Below, in pieces: positions 28,538 to 35,587 of a stretch of DNA of 45,226 bases. How positions within the stretch are numbered: position 1 is the first letter of the stretch; each line of letters starts with the position of its first letter. The notes under the pieces are model-generated. The model was not told where the DNA came from, did no database searches, and saw nothing but the letters and a program-made list of their open reading frames with translations. The position numbers were made by a program, and so were the translations under genes. Source of the DNA: a virus. The DNA lies in IMG/VR virus record IMGVR_UViG_3300035181_001114, positions 1 to 45,226 of that record. One strand, 5' to 3'.

Positions 28538-29093
28538 TTGGAAAAAAATATTATTTGGTGGAGTAATAACTATAGGGGTCGGATATTATTTATTTTTAAA
28601 AGAAGACATTACACATTTAAAAAATAATATAGCAAATCTTAAAGAATTATCAGCACAACAAAAGGCCCAAATTATAAGCCAAAATTTAGCTTATGAGGAA
28701 TTACAAAATCAAATGCAATTAAGAGAATCAGCAATCCAAACGCTTAATCAACAAGTAAATATTATTGAAGGTAATTATAAAAATGCGCAACTTGAAATCG
28801 CAAATAATCGTGATAAACTTAATCTTGATAATCGCATCACTCCTTATTGGCTGCGCCTCGCAAGCGGGGATAGAATGCCCAGCGTATCCGCTACCGCCAA
28901 AAGATTTAATGCAAAAGAATCAGTTACAGAGTTTATCATCCCTAGTGCAGCAGCGGCAGGAATCAATGACTACGTTAATCAATGTGAAATAATTGCTAAT
29001 AGATGTAATGTTTTGATTGACTATATAAACGATAGCAATAGAAATTATAACCAGATACTAAAAAAATATGATAAAATATCTACACTTAATTAG
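28512..29093 (+). CDS. Rz: Inner-membrane spanin (Rz-like)
   Basis: ATG 28512 gives MIINLLLNNWKKILFGGVITIGVGYYLF (N-terminal TM) followed by a long coiled coil. It contains the embedded lipoprotein ORF in the +1 frame. Confidence 0.65.
   Translation: MIINLLLNNWKKILFGGVITIGVGYYLFLKEDITHLKNNIANLKELSAQQKAQIISQNLAYEELQNQMQLRESAIQTLNQQVNIIEGNYKNAQLEIANNRDKLNLDNRITPYWLRLASGDRMPSVSATAKRFNAKESVTEFIIPSAAAAGINDYVNQCEIIANRCNVLIDYINDSNRNYNQILKKYDKISTLN
28783..28992 (+). CDS. Rz1: Outer-membrane lipoprotein spanin (Rz1-like), embedded in Rz
   Basis: MRNLKSQIIVINLILIIASLLIGC has a lipobox (LIGC). The mature part is Pro-rich (CPAYPLPPKDL). The ORF lies entirely inside the i-spanin gene in another frame. 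Confidence 0.7.
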   Translation: MRNLKSQIIVINLILIIASLLIGCASQAGIECPAYPLPPKDLMQKNQLQSLSSLVQQRQESMTTLINVK

Positions 29094-29125
29094 GAATTTT
29101 AACCATTTTTACGGAGACTTTTAAA

Positions 29126-29386
29126 ATGAAAAAATTATTAACAATATTTTTGGCAAGTGTTGCTTTTGCTGCTTTTGCAATTAATTATCAAGTTTGGTAC
29201 GTTGGACCTTGGACACCTCTTGGCAAGTACAATACTCAACCGATTGCAAACTCTAGCAATAGAATTGCAGAAATGGTATTTGAATCTCAAAATGGTAAAG
29301 TATATTTAACAAGTGGCGCAAGTACTCCAATTGTAGGTGTTAAACCTGAAAGTCAACCAGCAGCATGGATTAATATTAGCGGATAA
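29126..29386 (+). CDS. Small secreted protein of unknown function
   Basis: 86 aa with signal peptide MKKLLTIFLASVAFAAFA and an ACGGAG RBS. It lies between the spanins and the endolysin. Confidence 0.55.
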   Translation: MKKLLTIFLASVAFAAFAINYQVWYVGPWTPLGKYNTQPIANSSNRIAEMVFESQNGKVYLTSGASTPIVGVKPESQPAAWINISG

Positions 29387-29802
29387 TGATTAACTCAAGA
29401 AAAATTGAAGACCTGCATCCAAAAGTGCAGGCTTTATGCAATCAATTTATTGCTAAATGTAAAGAAGAAGGCATTACAGTAATTATTACTGCAACATATC
29501 GAGACTATGAATCACAAAATGCGTTATATGCGCAAGGTCGTACTGAACCGGGCAAAATTGTTACTAACGCTAAAGGTGGGCAATCTTTTCATAATTTTAA
29601 AGTTGCTTTTGATTTTTGCCCCATGCTTGATAATCAAGCTGCTTGGAATGATACTCTTTTATTTATTAAATGTGGCCAAATTGGTAAAAATATCGGTTTA
29701 GAATGGGGCGGTGATTTTAAATCTATAAAAGATATGCCGCATTTACAATACACTGCAGGATTAACTTTAGCTGATTTTCAAGCTGGTAAAACTATTGATT
29801 AA
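29386..29802 (+). CDS. Endolysin, M15-family peptidoglycan peptidase (VanY / L-Ala-D-Glu peptidase-like)
   Basis: ITATYRDYESQNALYAQGRT...GGQSFHNFKVAFDF...EWGGDF...MPHLQY follows the Peptidase_M15 His/Asp/His layout. It is the last gene of the rightward block. Confidence 0.8.
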   Translation: MINSRKIEDLHPKVQALCNQFIAKCKEEGITVIITATYRDYESQNALYAQGRTEPGKIVTNAKGGQSFHNFKVAFDFCPMLDNQAAWNDTLLFIKCGQIGKNIGLEWGGDFKSIKDMPHLQYTAGLTLADFQAGKTID

Positions 29803-30148
29803 GATATTTAATTAATAATTCTTTAGCTTCATACCAGCCATAGCAAACAAAAGTTAAAAAACCTTGGGATTTTACATATTCCAAAAACTCTTTTTGTTCT
29901 TTAGTTAATTTGTTTTTACCATATTTCATTTCTATGTAAAGTCCTGAATATTCTCCACGTTTTGCAGGTAAAAATAAATCTGCTATTCCAGCTTTCATGC
30001 CTTGACTTTTTGCAATCTTGGCCTGAACTGGTGTCAAATTGACACCGTTTAATGAACAATGTAACCATTTTAAATCAGGATATACATTAATTGCTAAGGT
30101 TGTCCAATATATCAATGATGCCTGTTCTTTAGATTCGTTATGCTGCAT
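29792..30148 (-). CDS. VRR-NUC domain nuclease
   Basis: GIADLFLPAKRGEYSGLYIEMKYGKNKLTKEQKEFLEYVKSQGF matches the VRR-NUC PD-(D/E)xK core (D...E.K...Q). Its 3' end overlaps the endolysin 3' end by 11 nt. Confidence 0.75.
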   Translation of the reverse strand: MQHNESKEQASLIYWTTLAINVYPDLKWLHCSLNGVNLTPVQAKIAKSQGMKAGIADLFLPAKRGEYSGLYIEMKYGKNKLTKEQKEFLEYVKSQGFLTFVCYGWYEAKELLIKYLNQ

Positions 30149-30152
30149 GTTT

Positions 30153-30362
30153 TTACGCTTTTATAAGATCAATAGTTCGAATTGTTTTAGTATGTTCTTT
30201 AATATATCCCATTTGCTTAAGTTTAGTTATAATTTTACGCGGCTCCTTAACTCCAAAATTTTCAATTATAAAAATATATAAGTTATCGCGACTGATCTTT
30301 CCATTTGATTTTTTTAAAAAATCAATAATTGGTTTATAATAGAATTCTCGTTTTATTGGCAT
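30153..30362 (-). CDS. Hypothetical protein
   Basis: 69 aa. The start overlaps the upstream stop by 1 nt. Confidence 0.5.
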   Translation of the reverse strand: MPIKREFYYKPIIDFLKKSNGKISRDNLYIFIIENFGVKEPRKIITKLKQMGYIKEHTKTIRTIDLIKA

Positions 30363-30619
30363 TATATTTTCTTTCCATAATTTTTGCTAAATACATAAAA
30401 TAATTCTAATTGATTATCTAACTCTAGTTTACGCGGAATGCGTTCAATCCAAAATTTATCTGGGTTCGTTGAGTTAAATATAATTGTAAACTGCGTAACA
30501 AAATCTATTTGAATCATAATATCTTGTTCTTGATTTAAAATTGTAGTAACATTAATTTGCTCCCAATCATCTTGATTTAAACATGCATTCCATAGATCAC
30601 ATATTTGACTTTGCTTCAT
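30362..30619 (-). CDS. Hypothetical protein
   Basis: 85 aa with an AAGGGAG RBS upstream of ATG 30619. Confidence 0.5.
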   Translation of the reverse strand: MKQSQICDLWNACLNQDDWEQINVTTILNQEQDIMIQIDFVTQFTIIFNSTNPDKFWIERIPRKLELDNQLELFYVFSKNYGKKI

Positions 30620-30642
30620 TTAAAAACTCCCTTAAAAATAAA

Positions 30643-32193
30643 TTATTTTTTTAATTTAATCATATAATTGTTCAATTGTTTATTAATTTGTCCGCGTATT
30701 TTATGTAATGTAGTTTTATTAATGGTATTACAATTACCGCTATCATATACCGTTATTAATTCACCTATTATTTCATCATCAAAACTCACTTGGTCATGAA
30801 GCACATATTCACCATCGATAAAATCAACATTTAAAAAACCTCTAGCAGACTTTTTAGTACCAGAATCAGTTTTTGGCTCTTTAAATATTTCTCGTTTTTC
30901 ACCATTTACAATGCCACAAGTTGATTTTACTGCCATGCCAAAACTATCTCGGGTAGAGTATTGATATGTATAACTTCCAATGCCAAACACAACATTACTG
31001 CTCGCAAAACCTTTCTTCTCAAGTTTATCTAATATAATGTTAGCTCGCTCAAGTGTGATACTGTCGCCATAAATTAAACCAATATGGGTGTCTAAAACTT
31101 TATAGCCTTTTCCGTTAATTGTACCGCCAAAAGTATCCCATAAGCATTGTATGGCTCCTTTCCCTTCTGGAGTATCTGGGTAAAATTCCTCATAATTTCC
31201 ACTTGGCAAGCGTGTTTCTTCTAGTTTGCCGCATATAATATCTACAGGATCGCCGGAATCAGGTCTAATAACCACTTTACCATCTCGTGACATGATTACA
31301 TCTTTTAGTTTTGGTAAATAATCTGTTATAACTTGCCAAAAATCCCAAGTATCACTGACTATTGAAACTATTTTTTTTGGATAAGTTTTGGTTATTAACC
31401 TCTCAAATAATTCTATCTCATTATCTTTGCCATTAAGGCTCATAACGGAATGTTCTGTTGCTGGAACACTACACCCAATGGTAGTGTGTAAATCAGCATT
31501 ATAATAATACTGCAACATAGGAATTGCCGGAATTGTGTCAGTGCCTAAAAAACAAGTTAAATGCGCCATTCCTGACGTTGCGGCATCCATGTGCCCACTC
31601 ATCCCCCTAAAGCTAAAATCATGTGCTTGGAAATCGACTGCGCTTAAATCTGAGCCAGTTTTAACTGCATAGTGAATTAATATCTTTTTATACTCAAAAG
31701 CTATAGTTGCGTTAGTGCATAATTTCCAAATATCTGCCGACATCCATGTTTCGAGAAAATTAGTAAGCCAATAAAATTCCGATAACGTATTGCATATTGT
31801 CAGTATGGGAACTTTCATATTAACACGTGATCCCTCTGGTAAAGCTTTAATATGAATTGGTAAATAACCCAATTTATGGAGCGCCTCAATATGATCGAAT
31901 GTTATTGCATTTTTACCCAATCCGTGTTCAATAATTTGTTTATAATCACTTAAAACCTCATTAAGAGGTAATTTAAAAAAGTTATCCTCAAAACTATCGT
32001 GTAAATTTTTAATAAAATATTGAATTCCAAACACAATCATTTTCCCATCGTAAAAAGGGCTTTGTTTACAAGTTGATAATTTATCGCTCCTAGGTGTTAA
32101 ATTACTGTAAACCAATTCTGTGCCTTCTGGATATTGAAATTTATGTCCAATTTTGTAAAAATCACACATATACATAGGATTTAATTTAATCAT
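30643..32193 (-). CDS. Nicotinamide phosphoribosyltransferase-family enzyme (Nampt/NadV-like; candidate Namat of NARP1)
   Basis: 516 aa with family landmarks CDFYKIGH, HLTCFLGTDT, VPATEHSVM, IRPDSGDP, IYGDSIT and VVFGIGS. The start overlaps the stop of the Prs-like gene (TAATG). Confidence 0.9.
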   Translation of the reverse strand: MIKLNPMYMCDFYKIGHKFQYPEGTELVYSNLTPRSDKLSTCKQSPFYDGKMIVFGIQYFIKNLHDSFEDNFFKLPLNEVLSDYKQIIEHGLGKNAITFDHIEALHKLGYLPIHIKALPEGSRVNMKVPILTICNTLSEFYWLTNFLETWMSADIWKLCTNATIAFEYKKILIHYAVKTGSDLSAVDFQAHDFSFRGMSGHMDAATSGMAHLTCFLGTDTIPAIPMLQYYYNADLHTTIGCSVPATEHSVMSLNGKDNEIELFERLITKTYPKKIVSIVSDTWDFWQVITDYLPKLKDVIMSRDGKVVIRPDSGDPVDIICGKLEETRLPSGNYEEFYPDTPEGKGAIQCLWDTFGGTINGKGYKVLDTHIGLIYGDSITLERANIILDKLEKKGFASSNVVFGIGSYTYQYSTRDSFGMAVKSTCGIVNGEKREIFKEPKTDSGTKKSARGFLNVDFIDGEYVLHDQVSFDDEIIGELITVYDSGNCNTINKTTLHKIRGQINKQLNNYMIKLKK

Positions 32194-33050
32194 TATTCTT
32201 GATCTCCTTCTTGAAATACCACTTGTTCAACTTCTAGGCCTGATATATTATTGTATTTGTTCACAATAAAATTATAACTATCTTTATTAATAATTTTTAA
32301 TTTGTTGATTCCCTCTTCTATTAAGTTATCAAAACCGTAAGTACCAAATTGATGATAAACCATCAGTTCGATTTCAATATTAAGCCTTTCTGAGTGTTCA
32401 AACTCTTTTCTCAATGCTTTTGCGCATTCTACAAATGTACGGTTGCCATCGCCAATATCATCACAAATTAAAAATGGTTTATATAAATCAATTTTATAAG
32501 GCATACGGAATGCGTCCAATTCTAAATGAGGCGTCCCAAATTTATTTCTAACTTTATTAAAAGTTATCATTTTATCATCCGAATAATAATAATGATGTCT
32601 GGCCGATGCATCGGGAAACACAATATTATATTGCGATTGCAATTCCATTAAATTATAGCGGTCTATATTTATATAGTTCTTGCCAAATGCATAATAATTG
32701 TGACAATGTAACGCCTGGGTTCTTACAACATCAAAATTTAAAAAAATGATTTTCGTAAAATCTATAAATGCAATTGATTGTCCGGCCTCAAATACTCGAT
32801 CTTGTCTAGCGTATGGCAAATAAGGTGCATCTAAAATAATTTGAATTCTATCGCCATACGTATGCCTAATTGCCGCCGCTTTTAACATTGGTATCATAAT
32901 ATCTTTTTGCGTGAAGTAATCCCAATGGATATAAACTATTCTGTCATATATGCGTTCTGTTAACGTGATTTCATACTCTCCTGAATTATGTTGTTTTATT
33001 TTAAATATATTTATTTCTTTTGTTAGTTTCAAAAATTCGTTTTCGTTCAT
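32193..33050 (-). CDS. Ribose-phosphate pyrophosphokinase-like enzyme (Prs-like; candidate Adps of NARP1)
   Basis: 285 aa with LPYARQDR, VFPDASA and the PRTase ribose-phosphate loop LICDDIGDGNRTF. ATGA overlap with the upstream ORF. Confidence 0.75.
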   Translation of the reverse strand: MNENEFLKLTKEINIFKIKQHNSGEYEITLTERIYDRIVYIHWDYFTQKDIMIPMLKAAAIRHTYGDRIQIILDAPYLPYARQDRVFEAGQSIAFIDFTKIIFLNFDVVRTQALHCHNYYAFGKNYINIDRYNLMELQSQYNIVFPDASARHHYYYSDDKMITFNKVRNKFGTPHLELDAFRMPYKIDLYKPFLICDDIGDGNRTFVECAKALRKEFEHSERLNIEIELMVYHQFGTYGFDNLIEEGINKLKIINKDSYNFIVNKYNNISGLEVEQVVFQEGDQE

Positions 33051-33352
33051 TCTTTTACCTTCACTTTCATTAAAACATAAGCGTAATCGTCATTTTTCAA
33101 TTCAGGAGCAATTTCTCCTGTTTCGGATCTGCCAGAAAAATGTTCATATTCTCCAGTATGTAGATTACTGTTTCCAATCCACAAAACCTCACCCTTGACA
33201 ACATGCTCGGTATAAAGTTTTATATGCGTAAATTTAATATTATTGCCTAATTCATTAATAAAATGAATAGATTTTGATTTGCTAAAACCATCCATACGAG
33301 GATCTTCTATTATTGATTTTATAAACAATAGCTTTTGCTCTTCAAATGTCAT
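33047..33352 (-). CDS. Hypothetical protein translationally coupled to the Prs-like gene
   Basis: 101 aa. Its stop overlaps the Prs-like start (ATGA). It contains VKGEVLWIGNSN, which recurs in the micro-ORF upstream. Confidence 0.55.
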   Translation of the reverse strand: MTFEEQKLLFIKSIIEDPRMDGFSKSKSIHFINELGNNIKFTHIKLYTEHVVKGEVLWIGNSNLHTGEYEHFSGRSETGEIAPELKNDDYAYVLMKVKVKE

Positions 33353-33456
33353 TGATTTTTTCCTTTAACTGTTGTATTTCCATAATCAATTCTTGCTATT
33401 ATACTGCTGCCAATCCATAAAACTTCACCTTTGATAATATTTAATAGAATTATCAT
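33349..33456 (-). CDS. Micro-ORF (35 aa), partial paralogue of the 101-aa ORF
   Basis: MIILLNIIKGEVLWIGSSIIARIDYGNTTVKGKNQ, with ATGA overlaps at both ends. At the DNA level, CCAATCCAyAAAACyTCACCyTTGAyAA is shared with ~33172-33199. Confidence 0.3.
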   Translation of the reverse strand: MIILLNIIKGEVLWIGSSIIARIDYGNTTVKGKNQ

Positions 33457-33617
33457 TTTTTAATCCCTTTTAATAAAAACCACATTGCCCCAAACAAACT
33501 TGGCATCATAGTTGCATTAAACCTTGATTCTTTGCACCTTTTTATCGCAATAGGCAATGCGTGTTGCCAATTGGTAGCGTAACGCACGTCTTCATAATAT
33601 AAGCCTTGTCTGCTCAT
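33453..33617 (-). CDS. Small hypothetical protein (54 aa)
   Basis: ATG 33617 follows an AAGGAG RBS and encodes MSRQGLYYEDVRYATNWQHALPIAIKRCKESRF... It is below the ORF-track cutoff. Confidence 0.45.
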   Translation of the reverse strand: MSRQGLYYEDVRYATNWQHALPIAIKRCKESRFNATMMPSLFGAMWFLLKGIKK

Positions 33618-33627
33618 TTTTTACTCC

Positions 33628-33840
33628 TTAAGATATATTTAATAAAACACAATACTGATTTTTACCATGGATACGCAAATTAATATGATCAACAGAATCC
33701 AATAAGGCAAAATCATGATCATAAATAACAACTGGTAACTCCGGGTCTTCATTTTGGAGTATTGTAATCAATTCTTTAACTGTCATTTTACATACACTCA
33801 CTTTCACAATACGGGCACATATCATCAATTGGGGTTCCAT
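33628..33840 (-). CDS. Hypothetical protein (the start may be the internal ATG 33786)
   Basis: 70-aa track ORF. A 27-aa Cys-rich micro-ORF (33788-33871, MKSLKPQPCKHGTPIDDMCPYCESECM) overlaps its 5' part and ends just before ATG 33786. Confidence 0.45.
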   Translation of the reverse strand: MEPQLMICARIVKVSVCKMTVKELITILQNEDPELPVVIYDHDFALLDSVDHINLRIHGKNQYCVLLNIS

Positions 33841-33867
33841 GCTTACATGGTTGTGGTTTTAATGATT

Positions 33868-34047
33868 TCATTTGCCCATTATCCAACAAATATCATCGCT
33901 ACCCTCTTCTCCATCGCTGGTCATTTCTGGGTCAACGTCTACATTTTCTATATACCAACCTTCATCATCATAACCGATTCTAGTTTCCAAATCACCGTAA
34001 GTTTTTTTGATGTTTTCAAGGTCTTTTATTAATTCGCTAATTTTCAT
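33868..34047 (-). CDS. Small acidic protein (59 aa)
   Basis: MKISELIKDLENIKKTYGDLETRIGYDDEGWYIENVDVDPEMTSDGEEGSDDICWIMGK. One codon below the ORF-track cutoff, with an ATGA-type overlap downstream. Confidence 0.5.
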   Translation of the reverse strand: MKISELIKDLENIKKTYGDLETRIGYDDEGWYIENVDVDPEMTSDGEEGSDDICWIMGK

Positions 34048-34075
34048 TTTATAATTTCTACAAATTGATTAATAT

Positions 34076-34324
34076 TTAGGAAAAGCCATCGCCAGAGCCA
34101 TCGCCAGAGCCATAGCCATCGCCATAACCATAACCATAACCAGAGCCATCGCCAGAGCCATCGCCATAACCATAACCATAACCATAACCATAACCAGAGC
34201 CAGAGCCATCGCCAGAGCCATCGCCAGAGCCATCGCCATCGCCATAACCATAACCATAACCATAACCAGAGCCATCGCCATAACCAGAGCCATAACCATA
34301 TTTAATAAATGCAATTTTATTCAT
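34076..34324 (-). CDS. Gly/Tyr/Asp/Ser dipeptide-repeat protein
   Basis: GGAG lies 5 nt upstream of ATG 34324 (the track starts at GTG 34330). After MNKIAFIKY the product contains only G, Y, D, S and a terminal F: blocks of GYGYGY alternate with GDGSGDGS. Confidence 0.6.
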   Translation of the reverse strand: MNKIAFIKYGYGSGYGDGSGYGYGYGYGDGDGSGDGSGDGSGSGYGYGYGYGYGDGSGDGSGYGYGYGDGYGSGDGSGDGFS

Positions 34325-34721
34325 TTTCACTCCAATTTGGAATTGAATTAATATTATTAATACATTTTTTAGAACATATCAATATTTCAACCACTCCCAA
34401 CACAAGATGATTATCTGTAGGAACGCTTAATTTACTCTCTGACTTATTTTTTACTCCATTTTCTGCTAGATCAGATAACTCTGTTGCACCAGACCATTTC
34501 CAAATTCTTCTACATTTTGAAAGAATAGCATTTGCGTGCCCAATATATCCAGCTTTTTCAATTTGTATAATTTTTGCAAAAAATACTCCAGCTGCAAATG
34601 TGCGAACGATTGCTATTTTATTTAAATAATTAGCATAGATTGATGAAGATTCACTGTTAACTTCTTCATCAAGTAAACGATCTATTATTTTATCCAAAAT
34701 GTTAACACGTAAATTTGACAT
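34317..34721 (-). CDS. Hypothetical protein downstream of RecT
   Basis: 134 aa with an AAGGAAA RBS. No recognisable motif. Confidence 0.55.
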   Translation of the reverse strand: MSNLRVNILDKIIDRLLDEEVNSESSSIYANYLNKIAIVRTFAAGVFFAKIIQIEKAGYIGHANAILSKCRRIWKWSGATELSDLAENGVKNKSESKLSVPTDNHLVLGVVEILICSKKCINNINSIPNWSENE

Positions 34722-34741
34722 TTTATTTATTTCCTTTAAAC

Positions 34742-35584
34742 TTATTTCAATTCAGTTAAAAATGCTTCTTGTTCTTGCAATTCAGCCAATGTTTTACCTA
34801 CAAAGCAATTATCGATTAAAGAGTCCATAATCCTTATTGCATCGGCAGAAAATTTTCTAGATATAACATCTTCTTTGGATTTTCTCAATGTTCTGATAGA
34901 TGTTTGCAATTTTAGCATTTGATTCATTTCATCAAGACTTAAATTTAAATCTTTAGATTCTGGATGTTCACTAACAATTTCTGATTTATTTTCATTTAAT
35001 ACACTTTCAAATTTTTTAGGCTCAACATTAACAGCATTGGGATACGGATTTACATAATCTTGCACTTCTTCAGCGATTTGCATACCTTTTAAAACATCGG
35101 CAAAAGAATCGCGTAATGCAAATGCTCTATTACGCATTTGTAACATGCGTTTTGGATATTGCTTCCAAGGCCCCTCTTTTCTAGTTAAACCAGCTAATGC
35201 CGCATCTTCCATGCTAAAATACGTTGTTTTAGGTTTTTTGCCTTTTCTTATAACTGTACATTGCCCCGGAATTGATTCGTCAATGTCGTCTAATAGCCCA
35301 CTGGCCATTACTACAGCTAATGCCGCATCACCCCAGAGGGTAGGCATTCCATTAATTACAGCAATTCCCTGCAATGATTGCATTAAACCTAGCCCTAAGC
35401 TACCACCAAAATCCCACGCTGCAAGTATAGCGCCCGGATTATTTATATAATTTTTGGGCACCATTCCAGACTTAGAATAACGCTCTGCAAGATCTGTGGC
35501 TTCTGTCAAATTTTGTGGCAAAAGAGTAAAGTATTTTTTCTCTGCTACTTCTGTTTTTGTGTTAGTATTTTGTAATTCATTCAT
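34742..35584 (-). CDS. recT: RecT-family single-strand annealing recombinase
   Basis: GGSLGLGLMQSLQGIAVINGMPTLWGDAA...GPWKQYPKRMLQMRNRAFALRDSFADVLKG matches the RecT core. It is paired with an exonuclease gene. Confidence 0.8.
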   Translation of the reverse strand: MNELQNTNTKTEVAEKKYFTLLPQNLTEATDLAERYSKSGMVPKNYINNPGAILAAWDFGGSLGLGLMQSLQGIAVINGMPTLWGDAALAVVMASGLLDDIDESIPGQCTVIRKGKKPKTTYFSMEDAALAGLTRKEGPWKQYPKRMLQMRNRAFALRDSFADVLKGMQIAEEVQDYVNPYPNAVNVEPKKFESVLNENKSEIVSEHPESKDLNLSLDEMNQMLKLQTSIRTLRKSKEDVISRKFSADAIRIMDSLIDNCFVGKTLAELQEQEAFLTELK

Positions 35585-35587
35585 ATA

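Noticed and set aside
29782-29790. GCTGGTAAA 9-mer identical to one half-site of the early-promoter palindrome
   Set aside because: It is a single half-site inside a coding region with no partner half-site. A chance 9-mer recurrence is likely.
34069-34314. 81-aa ORF MHLLNMVMALVMAMALVMVMVM... on the minus strand
   Set aside because: It is the same strand in a different frame of the hexanucleotide repeat that encodes the GY/GD/GS protein. It has no RBS, and the Met/Ala/Leu/Val polymer is a frame artefact of the repeat.
34076-34320. Repeat-rich stretch considered as a CRISPR array or non-coding tandem repeat
   Set aside because: The periodicity is 6 nt and in-frame within an ORF that has an RBS. 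There are no 25-40-bp repeats alternating with unique spacers and no cas genes.
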